A stretch of 64,000 bases of DNA from the NCBI GenBank assembly GCA_964370475.1, contig CAYJJI010000001.1, positions 50,363 through 114,362 on the forward strand, in the 5' to 3' direction. Position numbers and translations under genes: made by a program. The notes beneath the pieces are model-generated. The model was not told the origin of the DNA, did no database searches, and worked only from the letters and a program-made list of their open reading frames with translations. The DNA is from an uncultured Muribaculaceae bacterium. GTDB lineage: Bacteria; Bacillota_I; Bacilli_A; RF39; UBA660. Shown in pieces: positions 29,347 through 38,359 of this stretch (its first letter is position 1; every line of letters starts with the position of its first letter).

Positions 29347-30738
29347 TTATCCACCAATATTCCCAAAAGCCCATTCATCTAAAAATAAATCATCAAACTC
29401 TAAAGCATATATAGCAAAATAATCATCTACTGAAACAATTTTATAACTTACTCCTTTTATAACTATACTATTATAACCACTATTACTTTCAAATGCCCTA
29501 CTTCCAATATAAGCAACACTATCTGGAATAACCAATTCAGTTAATTCATTATGTCCAAAAGCCAACTCACCTATAGTTTTTAAATTCGCACCTAAAGTTA
29601 ATTGAGTTAAAGAATTAGACTCAAAAGCACCATAACCAATCTCTATAACCCTATCAGGAATAACTAGTTCTGTTAAGTGATTATAAGCAAAAGCACTATT
29701 ACCAATCTCTATAACCCTATCAGGAATAACTAATTCAGTTAATTGATTATAAGCAAAAGCATAATCTCCTATAGTAGTTACATTCTCCCCTAAAGTTAAT
29801 TGAGTTATAAGATTAGCACCAAAAGCCGCATCATTTATTTCTACAACACTATTAGGTATAACCACTTCTGTTAATTTATTCCCAAGAAATGCACCAAAAA
29901 CAGCTCCACTATCCACATCATAATAACCGTCAATTACTTGCAATGTTTCAGGTAATATAGCACTAGTAATATCAAATCCAATCATATTAGTTGTATCTTT
30001 AACAAAAGCTTCTGGTCCTAAAACAGTTACTGGTTTACCATTTATTTCACAAGGAATAACTACATCTTTAGGTCCAGCATCAGTATATCCATCTATAGTT
30101 ACAGAATTACTAGTTTCAGTATAAGTAAAATAACTATCGTCCGTCGGCGTTAAACCTCTAGCTTCATAATCACTTAAACAAATTTCTAAATCACTAAGAA
30201 CTGGAACAGCTACAATCACTATCTTAGAATTAACAATCTTATTTTGAGAATTCTCTAAAGTAGCAGAATAATCTACCCACATTCTAAAATCATGACTTCT
30301 ACTCTCACCAGCATTTAATTTAAATGTATCTAAAAGATACGAAGTAGAATTTGCAATAGTAGATTCAACTACTGATTTATTATTTAAAGTCTCTGGATTA
30401 TTAGTATCTAATACACCACTAATTAATGAATGTCCTAAAGTAGTACTATCCAAAACTTCAATATTCACCTGGTAACTAGCAGCTAAATCACAAGTATTAG
30501 ATATAGTAAAAGAAAACGGATCAGTTAAAATCCCCTCACTATCAGGTATTGGAAAAGTATTTGTAATATTTATATGTTCAGTATCTTCAGTAAAAGTAAT
30601 ATCAAAACACCCTGTACTAACAAGGTTGTTATCAGTTTGTGTTGCTGTAAGCATCCAAACTGCAAAAGTAACACCACTAATTATTAAAGCTACTAACGTA
30701 ATACCCATACCAATCATTAATAATAATCTCTTATTCAT
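29347..30738 (-). CDS. Secreted modular protein, paralog 4: signal peptide, module A, then BspA-type leucine-rich repeats (no FGE domain)
   Basis: Module A (STGCFDITFTEDTEHINITNTFPIPD...SNTCDLAASYQVNIEVL...DFRMWVDYSATLENSQNK). C-terminal repeats of the form ELVIPDRVIEIGNSAFAYNHLT. GAGGG ribosome-binding site. Confidence 0.55.
   Translation of the reverse strand: MNKRLLLMIGMGITLVALIISGVTFAVWMLTATQTDNNLVSTGCFDITFTEDTEHINITNTFPIPDSEGILTDPFSFTISNTCDLAASYQVNIEVLDSTTLGHSLISGVLDTNNPETLNNKSVVESTIANSTSYLLDTFKLNAGESRSHDFRMWVDYSATLENSQNKIVNSKIVIVAVPVLSDLEICLSDYEARGLTPTDDSYFTYTETSNSVTIDGYTDAGPKDVVIPCEINGKPVTVLGPEAFVKDTTNMIGFDITSAILPETLQVIDGYYDVDSGAVFGAFLGNKLTEVVIPNSVVEINDAAFGANLITQLTLGENVTTIGDYAFAYNQLTELVIPDRVIEIGNSAFAYNHLTELVIPDRVIEIGYGAFESNSLTQLTLGANLKTIGELAFGHNELTELVIPDSVAYIGSRAFESNSGYNSIVIKGVSYKIVSVDDYFAIYALEFDDLFLDEWAFGNIGG
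29636..29767. repeat. Two tandem 66-bp direct repeats (~88% identical) encoding consecutive 22-aa LRR units; further partial copies nearby (29591-29632, 29789-29830)
   Basis: ccaatctctataaccctatcaggaataact(a/g)(a/g)ttc(a/t)gtta(a/g)(t/g)tgattataagcaaaagc occurs twice in tandem. Confidence 0.7.
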
Positions 30739-30789
30739 AATCTATTCCCTCTATCATTAAAATGATACCATTAATAGGAGAAAAAAACA

Positions 30790-30817
30790 AGAAAAAAGAA
30801 TAGACATAATCTATTCT
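30790..30817 (-). terminator. Rho-independent terminator of alaS (agaataga-cataa-tctattct, overlapping the stop codon)
   Basis: 8-bp stem followed by a T-run on the minus strand. Confidence 0.45.
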
Positions 30818-32556
30818 AATACAGCTTTAATTCTTCTAACACCAGCTGAAGATGCTTCTTCTTTTTTTATTTTAAAAATACCCAAATCACCAATAGACTC
30901 AACATGAGGTCCACCGCATAATTCCTTAGATATATCACCTATATAATAAACATTTACTACATCTGGATATCTATCTATAAACATACATTCAGCTCCAGTA
31001 GATAAAGCTTCTTCTTTAGACATTTCTTTTTTAGTAACTTTCAATCCTTCACTAATCCATTTATTAACTAATTCTTCTACTTTAGATTTTTCTTCATCAG
31101 TTAACTTATGATCACATGCAAAGTCAAAACGAAGTCTCTCACTAGTGATATTACTTCCCTTTTGATGTACACTAGGATCTACTACTACCTTTAAAGCAGC
31201 ATTAAGTAAGTGAGTAGCAGTATGATATTTAACTTCCATATCACCATTACCTGCTAAACCACCCTTAAACTTCTCCTTAGCTCCAGCTCTTGATAATTCT
31301 TGATGAGCTCTAAACTTATCATTAAATCCCTTAATATCTACAGATAAATTATATTCACTAGCTACTTCTTCAGTTAACTCTATCGGAAAACCATAAGTAT
31401 CATATAACTTAAAAGCTAAAGTAGCATCTATTTCATTAATATTATTAATATTTTTAGATAACTCTCTAAGTCCCTTTTCTAAAGTTCTATTAAATTTAAC
31501 TTTTTCATTAGACAAAACTTCATACACAACGTTTTCATTAATATCTAATTGAACATAATACTTCTTATAATTATTAACTATAATCTTAGCTAATCTAATA
31601 TCAAAATCACTATTAATATCAATATTTAACTTCTTAGCATGTCTAATCATTCTTCTAATTAATCTTCTTAGTATATATCCTTGATCAGTATTAGAAGGTT
31701 TAATCATAGCACTATCACTACTAATAAATACAGCAGTTCTTATATGATCAGCAATAATTCTCATACTACTTTCATTACCTTCATAACTAAATCCAGAAAT
31801 ATTTTCTATTTCATTAATAACATCACTCCATATAGAAGTTTTATAATTATCATTAACACCTTCTATAAAAGAAACAATTCTCTCATAACCCATCCCAGTA
31901 TCTACATTTTTACTAGGTAATTCAGTTATCGATCCATCAGGATGTTTAAAATATTCCATAAACACATTATTCCATACTTCAACCCAATTAGAATCCTCTG
32001 GATCAAAAACAGTCGGAACATCATCGCCACGATATACAAATATCTCAGTATCCGATCCACAAGGACCAGACTCTCCAGCTATCCAAAAATTATCTTCAAC
32101 TCCTAAAAAAACTATTCTATCATCACTAATACCTAAAGACTTCCATACATTAGCAGAAACTAAATCACGAGGTATATCTTCATTACCTTCAAAACAACTT
32201 ACAGCTATTTTAGAAACAGGAATATTTAAGACATCGGTTAAAAACTCAAAACTATATTTAATAGATTCTTCTTTAAAATAATCCCCTAAACTCCAATTAC
32301 CTAACATCTCAAAAAACGTATGATGCGTAGCATCACCAATAACATCTAAATCATTAGTTCTAATACACATTTGATAATCTACAAGCCTTTTACCATAAGG
32401 ATGTTCCTCACCCATTAAAAATGGTATTAAAGGCTGCATACCAGCTGTATTAAATAATACAGATGGATCATTCAAAGGTACAACAGGTGCACTAGGTATT
32501 TGCTTATGTCCTTTACTAACAAAAAAATCAATATACATATCTTTTATATTTTTCAT
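30811..32556 (-). CDS. alaS: Alanyl-tRNA synthetase, unusually short (catalytic plus editing domains, no C-Ala domain)
   Basis: FNTAGMQPL, KRLVDYQMCIRTNDLDVIGDATHHTFFEMLGNWSLGDYFK, editing-domain HTATHLL...CGGPHV. True start MKNIKD with GGAGG 5 nt upstream; the ORF track uses an upstream TTG. Confidence 0.8.
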   Translation of the reverse strand: MKNIKDMYIDFFVSKGHKQIPSAPVVPLNDPSVLFNTAGMQPLIPFLMGEEHPYGKRLVDYQMCIRTNDLDVIGDATHHTFFEMLGNWSLGDYFKEESIKYSFEFLTDVLNIPVSKIAVSCFEGNEDIPRDLVSANVWKSLGISDDRIVFLGVEDNFWIAGESGPCGSDTEIFVYRGDDVPTVFDPEDSNWVEVWNNVFMEYFKHPDGSITELPSKNVDTGMGYERIVSFIEGVNDNYKTSIWSDVINEIENISGFSYEGNESSMRIIADHIRTAVFISSDSAMIKPSNTDQGYILRRLIRRMIRHAKKLNIDINSDFDIRLAKIIVNNYKKYYVQLDINENVVYEVLSNEKVKFNRTLEKGLRELSKNINNINEIDATLAFKLYDTYGFPIELTEEVASEYNLSVDIKGFNDKFRAHQELSRAGAKEKFKGGLAGNGDMEVKYHTATHLLNAALKVVVDPSVHQKGSNITSERLRFDFACDHKLTDEEKSKVEELVNKWISEGLKVTKKEMSKEEALSTGAECMFIDRYPDVVNVYYIGDISKELCGGPHVESIGDLGIFKIKKEEASSAGVRRIKAVLE

Positions 32557-32790
32557 AATTTCCTCCAACAAAAAAAGAATAACACCAAGGAGTCTTACGA
32601 CGGTACCATCCTTTACTTAACTTAATTTAATATAACGGTTTAAACCGACTAATCTCCAAAGATAGCTATTTCTTTATTTAAATTATTTCTTCTCACCTAA
32701 CAGAAACTCTCTTGAAATTCAAATAAATACTTGGTCTTTTTCAACAATTAATAAACAAATTATATCATAAACATAACAATTAATCAAATA
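32557..32790 (-). promoter_or_regulatory. Candidate T-box leader upstream of alaS
   Basis: Minus strand contains AAAGGATGGTACCGTCG (T-box consensus AANNNGGGTGGNACCGCG) about 40 nt upstream of the ribosome-binding site. AGAGAG (GA motif) and GCT-containing loop candidates lie further upstream. No convincing terminator helix was found. Confidence 0.45.
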
Positions 32791-32792
32791 AA

Positions 32793-33407
32793 CTATTTAT
32801 TTAATACCTTGTTAAATACTGGAATAATAATAGCTCCAACAGCATTACCTAAAAGTGCAACTAATATAAAGATAAAAGCTTCCACACTCCATAAACTAGA
32901 TGCAAATGTTAAATAAGATATATTAGCAATACTATGTTCAAAACCAGCCATTACAAATACCATAATACATAAAGAAAATAATAAATACTTACCTACTTCA
33001 TGCCTACATTTCTTAAAACCATCTACTCCAACAAACATTAAAAATCCGCAGAATATTGCTAATATAAATATACTAAGTAATGAATCACTTAACTTAATAT
33101 CAGATAACTCTACAGCTTTTTCAATAACTTTATCAGCATATCTAGTATACATAAACATATAACTAGTAAAAACTACCCCTACAAAATTACCAAGCACTAT
33201 AATCAACAAACGTTTAACATAATCAAATCCATTTTCAACTATATACCCAATCTTTCCAGTATATAAGTTTAACTCATAAATTAATATAGTAGCTAATGCT
33301 ATATTAAACAAAAATGCTCCCACTATTTTATCACTTACGCTAAAATAACAAATTACTGCTATAGTAACAACTAGGCCTGATAAAAAAGCCTTTAAAAAAT
33401 CCTTCAT
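32793..33407 (-). CDS. Polytopic membrane protein (possibly FNT-like channel), function unknown
   Basis: 204 aa with about 6 hydrophobic helices. Confidence 0.35.
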   Translation of the reverse strand: MKDFLKAFLSGLVVTIAVICYFSVSDKIVGAFLFNIALATILIYELNLYTGKIGYIVENGFDYVKRLLIIVLGNFVGVVFTSYMFMYTRYADKVIEKAVELSDIKLSDSLLSIFILAIFCGFLMFVGVDGFKKCRHEVGKYLLFSLCIMVFVMAGFEHSIANISYLTFASSLWSVEAFIFILVALLGNAVGAIIIPVFNKVLNK

Positions 33408-33451
33408 AAAAAATCACCAAGAAGCATTATATCATAAAAAGTAAAAAAGTC

Positions 33452-33476
33452 AAAAAAAAATAGTCCTAAGACTATT
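33452..33476 (-). terminator. Rho-independent terminator (aatagtc-ctaa-gactatt plus T-run on minus strand)
   Basis: Overlaps the stop of the AI-2E transporter gene. Confidence 0.45.
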
Positions 33477-34632
33477 CTTCAAATAAATTATACTTTAAAG
33501 TAAAGAATCTAATTAATACTTTAATCAAAGCCATACATGGAGTAGCAAGTATCATTCCTACTATTCCAAAGAAATAACCAAATATCAATAATCCAATAAT
33601 AATAGTAACTGGATGTAACTTCATAGTTTTACTCATAACCATTGGTTGTAAGATAGTACTCTCAAGTAATTGAACTATTAAAGCAATAACAATAATAGCG
33701 ATTCCTAAAGCAACTGATTGCGTAAATCCAACAATAGCAGCAGCACCACCACCAATATAAGGTCCAATATATGGTATTAAATTAGTAATACCACAAAATA
33801 ACCCAAATAATAAAGGAGCTTCCAAACCTACAATTGTAAATCCAATTGAAGTAATTACAAATACTATAGTAGATACTAATAACGTACCATTAACAGTTCT
33901 TCTAATTTCAAAACCAATATTATCTATTAATGATGTATATTCAAAACGATATTTCTTAGGTAATAACTTAATTAAATGTTCCCTAGTATGATCAAAATCA
34001 ATTAAGATATATAAAGCAACAACCAAACTAATAACAACAGTTCCTATTCCAGAAAATAAACCAGTAATAAAATTAATCAATGTACTAGGTAAACTATTAG
34101 TAATAGCACTAAAAATATCACTTACATTAGTATAAAAAATATCTTGCACATCTTCAACATTAAGACCATCAATATTACTAAATGATTCTATAACACTATC
34201 AGCAAATACCTGTAAATCATCAGCAATTGCTGGTATTGTTCCAATTAACGAATTTAACTGTTGAAATACAACCGGGAATAAAAACGCAAAGAACGACACA
34301 ACACATGCTACAAATATCAAAAAAACTATCAAACACGAAGCTGTTCTATTAAGTCCTTTATTAGTTAATTTATTAACTAAAGGACTTAATAACCAAGCTA
34401 CTATAAAACCTATAAATAATGGTGTTACAATCGATAAAATCTTAAGTAAAAAATCAAATATATGAGTTTCTCTTACTAAGAAAAATATCAATAACACTAT
34501 TCCAACTATCAAAGCAATATAAAGCAAATTAAGAATCTTTTCAGATAAACTTAAAACTCTATTAACACCCTCTACATTAACTTCATCTTTCTTTTTCATA
34601 ACTCCACCTCTTATAATTATATTACCATACAT
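33472..34632 (-). CDS. AI-2E family transporter (UPF0118/PerM-like)
   Basis: 386 aa, 8 TM, with the typical family layout. Confidence 0.6.
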   Translation of the reverse strand: MYGNIIIRGGVMKKKDEVNVEGVNRVLSLSEKILNLLYIALIVGIVLLIFFLVRETHIFDFLLKILSIVTPLFIGFIVAWLLSPLVNKLTNKGLNRTASCLIVFLIFVACVVSFFAFLFPVVFQQLNSLIGTIPAIADDLQVFADSVIESFSNIDGLNVEDVQDIFYTNVSDIFSAITNSLPSTLINFITGLFSGIGTVVISLVVALYILIDFDHTREHLIKLLPKKYRFEYTSLIDNIGFEIRRTVNGTLLVSTIVFVITSIGFTIVGLEAPLLFGLFCGITNLIPYIGPYIGGGAAAIVGFTQSVALGIAIIVIALIVQLLESTILQPMVMSKTMKLHPVTIIIGLLIFGYFFGIVGMILATPCMALIKVLIRFFTLKYNLFEE

Positions 34633-34660
34633 TCAAAATATAAAAAAGACCTTTTAGGTC

Positions 34661-34807
34661 TTACTTAGTCATATCATGAACTTCATGCTTAACTTCACAT
34701 AACATATCAGCAACAGATTTACTTTTAGCCATTTCTAAAGCATATAATGCTCCCATACCTAAAACAGCTCCACCAAGTACTAATCCTACACTGCTTAACA
34801 TTTTCAT
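34661..34807 (-). CDS. Unannotated small membrane protein ORF (48 aa, one TM) followed by a terminator hairpin
   Basis: MKMLSSVGLVLGGAVLGMGALYALEMAKSKSVADMLCEVKHEVHDMTK. AAAGGATG ribosome-binding site. Hairpin aagacc-tttt-ggtctt plus T-run at 34642-34662. Below the size cutoff of the ORF track. Confidence 0.35.
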   Translation of the reverse strand: MKMLSSVGLVLGGAVLGMGALYALEMAKSKSVADMLCEVKHEVHDMTK

Positions 34808-34843
34808 ATTAATCATCCTTTCATAATTAATATGCCTATTTTT

Positions 34844-37027
34844 TTATAATTTATTCAATAATTTATTAGTTAAAGAAGTTTTTCTATTTTGAGAATAACT
34901 ATTATTAACACCCTTAATAAAAGCACTTTCTTCACCTATAATAACCAAACTCTTCTTAGCTCTACTAACCCCAGTATATAATAGTTTATTATATAACATT
35001 ATCCCATAACTACTTATTACTGGCATTAAAACATTTAAAAATTCACTTCCTTGAGCTTTATGAATAGTAATAGCATAAGCATGCTTAATATTAGCAAGCT
35101 CATCCCTACTAGCTTCTACCAAAGAACCTTCAAAATCAATAATAATCTTAGGAACTTTATCATTATTCTTAATACTCTTAATAAATCCAATATCTCCATT
35201 AAATACATTAATATCAGGATCATTTACTAATTGAATAATCTTATCTCCTTCACGAAATATAACTCCATAATGGCTAATTTCATTTTTCTTAGAACTCTTA
35301 GGATTATATATATCTCTAACAACAACATTTAAATTATCAATCCCATTAACCCCTCTATATATTGGAGCTAATATCTGGAAATCTCTCTCAGTTATTCCTT
35401 TATCAAGACTCTTTTTAACTATTTGAGCAATAACATCAACTACATTAAAAGAACCAACATTTAAAAAATTATAATCATCATGCATTATAGTAAAATCACT
35501 TAAATTCTTATTTCTAACTTCATTAGCAAGTACTGGTATATAAGAATTATCTGTTTGTCTATATATATGTTTCAGTGATATAAATGGTATCATATCACTA
35601 CTTATCAAGTCATCTAACACATTACCAGCTCCAACCGAAGGCAACTGATTAACATCACCTACTAATATAAGCGTAATTCTAGAATTAATCCCACTAAGTA
35701 ACGCTTTAAATAAAAACATATCAATCATACTAACTTCATCAACAATTATTAATTTATGTTGATTCTTATTAGTTTCATTCACTTGAAATTCATTCTTATC
35801 CTTATTCCATTTTAAATAACGATGAATAGTCATAGCTCCAAGACCAGTAACATCACTTAACTTCCTACTAGCTCTACCAGTAGGAGCCAATAAAGCTATT
35901 TCATTGCCTATATCTCCTGGACCAAGATCATTAATTCTTGTATAAATTTTAACTATAGCATTAATAATAGTCGTCTTCCCAGTACCAGGTCCTCCAGTAA
36001 CAATACTAATTCTATTTTTAAGAGCACTTTCAATAGCTAAATGTTGCTCCTCATTATAAGATACATCATACTCATCTTCCATAGCTAATATCTCTTCTTT
36101 AACACCTAACACCTTTTTATTAGCACAATTTAATATTGAATATATATCATCACTAATATCTGATTCATCATTATAATATTCTTCCAAACAATAAAGATCA
36201 TCTTCAAATACAATAAATGTTTTATCAACCAAATTAGTTAAAAAATCCAAAAAATCTTCATAAGAAATATCTTTTAGATATTTTTTTAAATTATAAGAAT
36301 ACAACTCCTCAGCACTAAAAAAAACACTACCATCCTGAAAACTTAATAATTCAAAAGATTTAAGTATACACGCATTTACTCTAATCTCACTATTTACACC
36401 ACCAAAGTGGTCTAAAAATACATGATCTAACTTTTCAAAATCAATAATAGTCTTTAAATTATAAACATTATCTTTAATTCTTTCTAAAGCATCATGTCCA
36501 TATTGTTCAATAATTAATAAAGATTCCTTAATAGTAAATCCTAAGTTTTTAAGTTCTATTATTAAATCATCAGTATTATCATAACTCATAACTGATTCAT
36601 AAATTTTAAGAGCCAAAGCTTTAGTAATCCCTTTTATAGAAATCAAACTATTAGGATTCTCTTTAATCTTAGATAATGCATCATCTCCCAAAGCATCAAC
36701 TATTTTTATAGCTGTCTTCTCACCACAACCTTTTATTAAACTACTAGTTAAAAAATCTATAACTGCATCTCTACCAGCAACTTCTTGTTTTTCATAGCTA
36801 CTAACTTTAAACTCATAACCATACTTATCTTTATAAATATAATCTCCTTCAAATATATAAGTAGAATCATATCTTAATTCAGCAAATAATCCAGTAAAAG
36901 TAATAGTTTGATTAACTTTAGATTTTAACTCATCTAAATCAGTTTCTTTTATTCTAATAATCCCAATCTTATAACCACCACTACCCTCAAAAAAAACTTG
37001 ACGAATAGTTCCTTTAACGTAACTCAC
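34844..37027 (-). CDS. recD2: ATP-dependent RecD-like DNA helicase (RecD2/YrrC)
   Basis: Walker A VTGGPGTGKTT. Helicase motifs LILVGDVNQLPSVGAGNVL and AITIHKAQGSEF. Confidence 0.7.
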   Translation of the reverse strand: MSYVKGTIRQVFFEGSGGYKIGIIRIKETDLDELKSKVNQTITFTGLFAELRYDSTYIFEGDYIYKDKYGYEFKVSSYEKQEVAGRDAVIDFLTSSLIKGCGEKTAIKIVDALGDDALSKIKENPNSLISIKGITKALALKIYESVMSYDNTDDLIIELKNLGFTIKESLLIIEQYGHDALERIKDNVYNLKTIIDFEKLDHVFLDHFGGVNSEIRVNACILKSFELLSFQDGSVFFSAEELYSYNLKKYLKDISYEDFLDFLTNLVDKTFIVFEDDLYCLEEYYNDESDISDDIYSILNCANKKVLGVKEEILAMEDEYDVSYNEEQHLAIESALKNRISIVTGGPGTGKTTIINAIVKIYTRINDLGPGDIGNEIALLAPTGRASRKLSDVTGLGAMTIHRYLKWNKDKNEFQVNETNKNQHKLIIVDEVSMIDMFLFKALLSGINSRITLILVGDVNQLPSVGAGNVLDDLISSDMIPFISLKHIYRQTDNSYIPVLANEVRNKNLSDFTIMHDDYNFLNVGSFNVVDVIAQIVKKSLDKGITERDFQILAPIYRGVNGIDNLNVVVRDIYNPKSSKKNEISHYGVIFREGDKIIQLVNDPDINVFNGDIGFIKSIKNNDKVPKIIIDFEGSLVEASRDELANIKHAYAITIHKAQGSEFLNVLMPVISSYGIMLYNKLLYTGVSRAKKSLVIIGEESAFIKGVNNSYSQNRKTSLTNKLLNKL

Positions 37028-38309
37028 TTACATCACCTCTAATTACTTCTCCAAGTAAATGGTAATTATCCATTCTTAAAATCTTAACTTTATACATCTT
37101 ATTAACTTTTAACTTTTCATTAATTTTAACATATAAATAACTACTAGAATGTCCATAACTAACCCCATCTTTTACTCGTTCTATTAAAACATCTACTACC
37201 TTATTTATATTACTAATATTATATAAATCCTCTAAATTATTACTAACTTTCATTAAGTTTTTAACTCTTTCTTTTTTAACTTCAGGTTCTATATGACCTT
37301 CCATAGTTGCACTTAAAGTCCCATCTCTCTTAGAATAAGGAAAAACATGAATCTTAGAAAAACCTACTAACTTACAAAATTCACAAGTATTACTAAATTC
37401 TTCCTTAGTTTCCGAAGGAAAACCAACAATAACATCAGTAGTAATATTTATATCAGGTCTAACCTCTCTTATTTTATTAATAATTTCTAAATATTTCTTA
37501 GTATCATATTTTCTATTCATTAATTTTAAAATACGATCATCTCCAGATTGTAACGGAATATGTAAATGATCACATAGTTTATAATTCTCTTTTAACTCAT
37601 TTAAAAACTTATCACTTATTTCAGTAACTTCTATAGAAGATATTCTAATATTTTTAAGACCATTAACATATCTTAAACGATTAACTAAGTCCGTTAAATC
37701 ATGATCAGTTCCAATCCCATAACTTCCCGTATGAATTCCAGTTAAAACAATCTCCTTATGATGATTCTTAACTAAAGTTTTAACTTCTTCAATAGTTTTA
37801 TCAAAATCCTTATTCCTTAAATTACCCCTTACATAAGGAATAATACAATAAGAACAATAATTGTTACATCCATCTTGAATCTTAACAAAAGCTCTAACTA
37901 AAGAACTAAACTCATTAACTTGCATATCTTCAAAATCTTGATTAAATCTATCATAAAAATTAACAATTTTATCATCACCTTTTTTAAAAGATTTAATCAT
38001 ATCTACAATCTTAGATTTGTCTTGATTACCTATTAAAATATCAATCCCTAATTCATTTAAATCTTCTTGATGATTCTCAGCCATACATCCACAAACAACT
38101 AAAATACAACCAGGGTTTTCTCTTCTAGTACTCCTAATTAATTTCATACTTTTACTATCAGCACTATTAGTAACAGTACAAGTGTTAACAATTGCAACAT
38201 CAGCATAAAAATCAGTTAATTCATAACCTGCATTCAACATCTTCTCTTTTATAACTTCACTCTCATATGTATTAACCTTACACCCTAATGTAACAATCTT
38301 AAACTTCAT
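37014..38309 (-). CDS. mtaB: tRNA methylthiotransferase (MtaB/MiaB-like radical SAM)
   Basis: N-terminal MTTase Cys triad, radical-SAM CNNYCSYCIIPYVRG, C-terminal TRAM. Confidence 0.6.
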   Translation of the reverse strand: MKFKIVTLGCKVNTYESEVIKEKMLNAGYELTDFYADVAIVNTCTVTNSADSKSMKLIRSTRRENPGCILVVCGCMAENHQEDLNELGIDILIGNQDKSKIVDMIKSFKKGDDKIVNFYDRFNQDFEDMQVNEFSSLVRAFVKIQDGCNNYCSYCIIPYVRGNLRNKDFDKTIEEVKTLVKNHHKEIVLTGIHTGSYGIGTDHDLTDLVNRLRYVNGLKNIRISSIEVTEISDKFLNELKENYKLCDHLHIPLQSGDDRILKLMNRKYDTKKYLEIINKIREVRPDINITTDVIVGFPSETKEEFSNTCEFCKLVGFSKIHVFPYSKRDGTLSATMEGHIEPEVKKERVKNLMKVSNNLEDLYNISNINKVVDVLIERVKDGVSYGHSSSYLYVKINEKLKVNKMYKVKILRMDNYHLLGEVIRGDVSELR

Positions 38310-38359
38310 AAAAATACCTCCACATATAAACTATTTTACCATAAAAAAATTAATAAAAA

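Noticed and set aside
32557-32600. Intrinsic terminator expected within the alaS T-box leader
   Set aside because: No helix complementary to the segment preceding the T-run could be found between the T-box motif and the ribosome-binding site. Only the T-box motif itself is reported, at reduced confidence.
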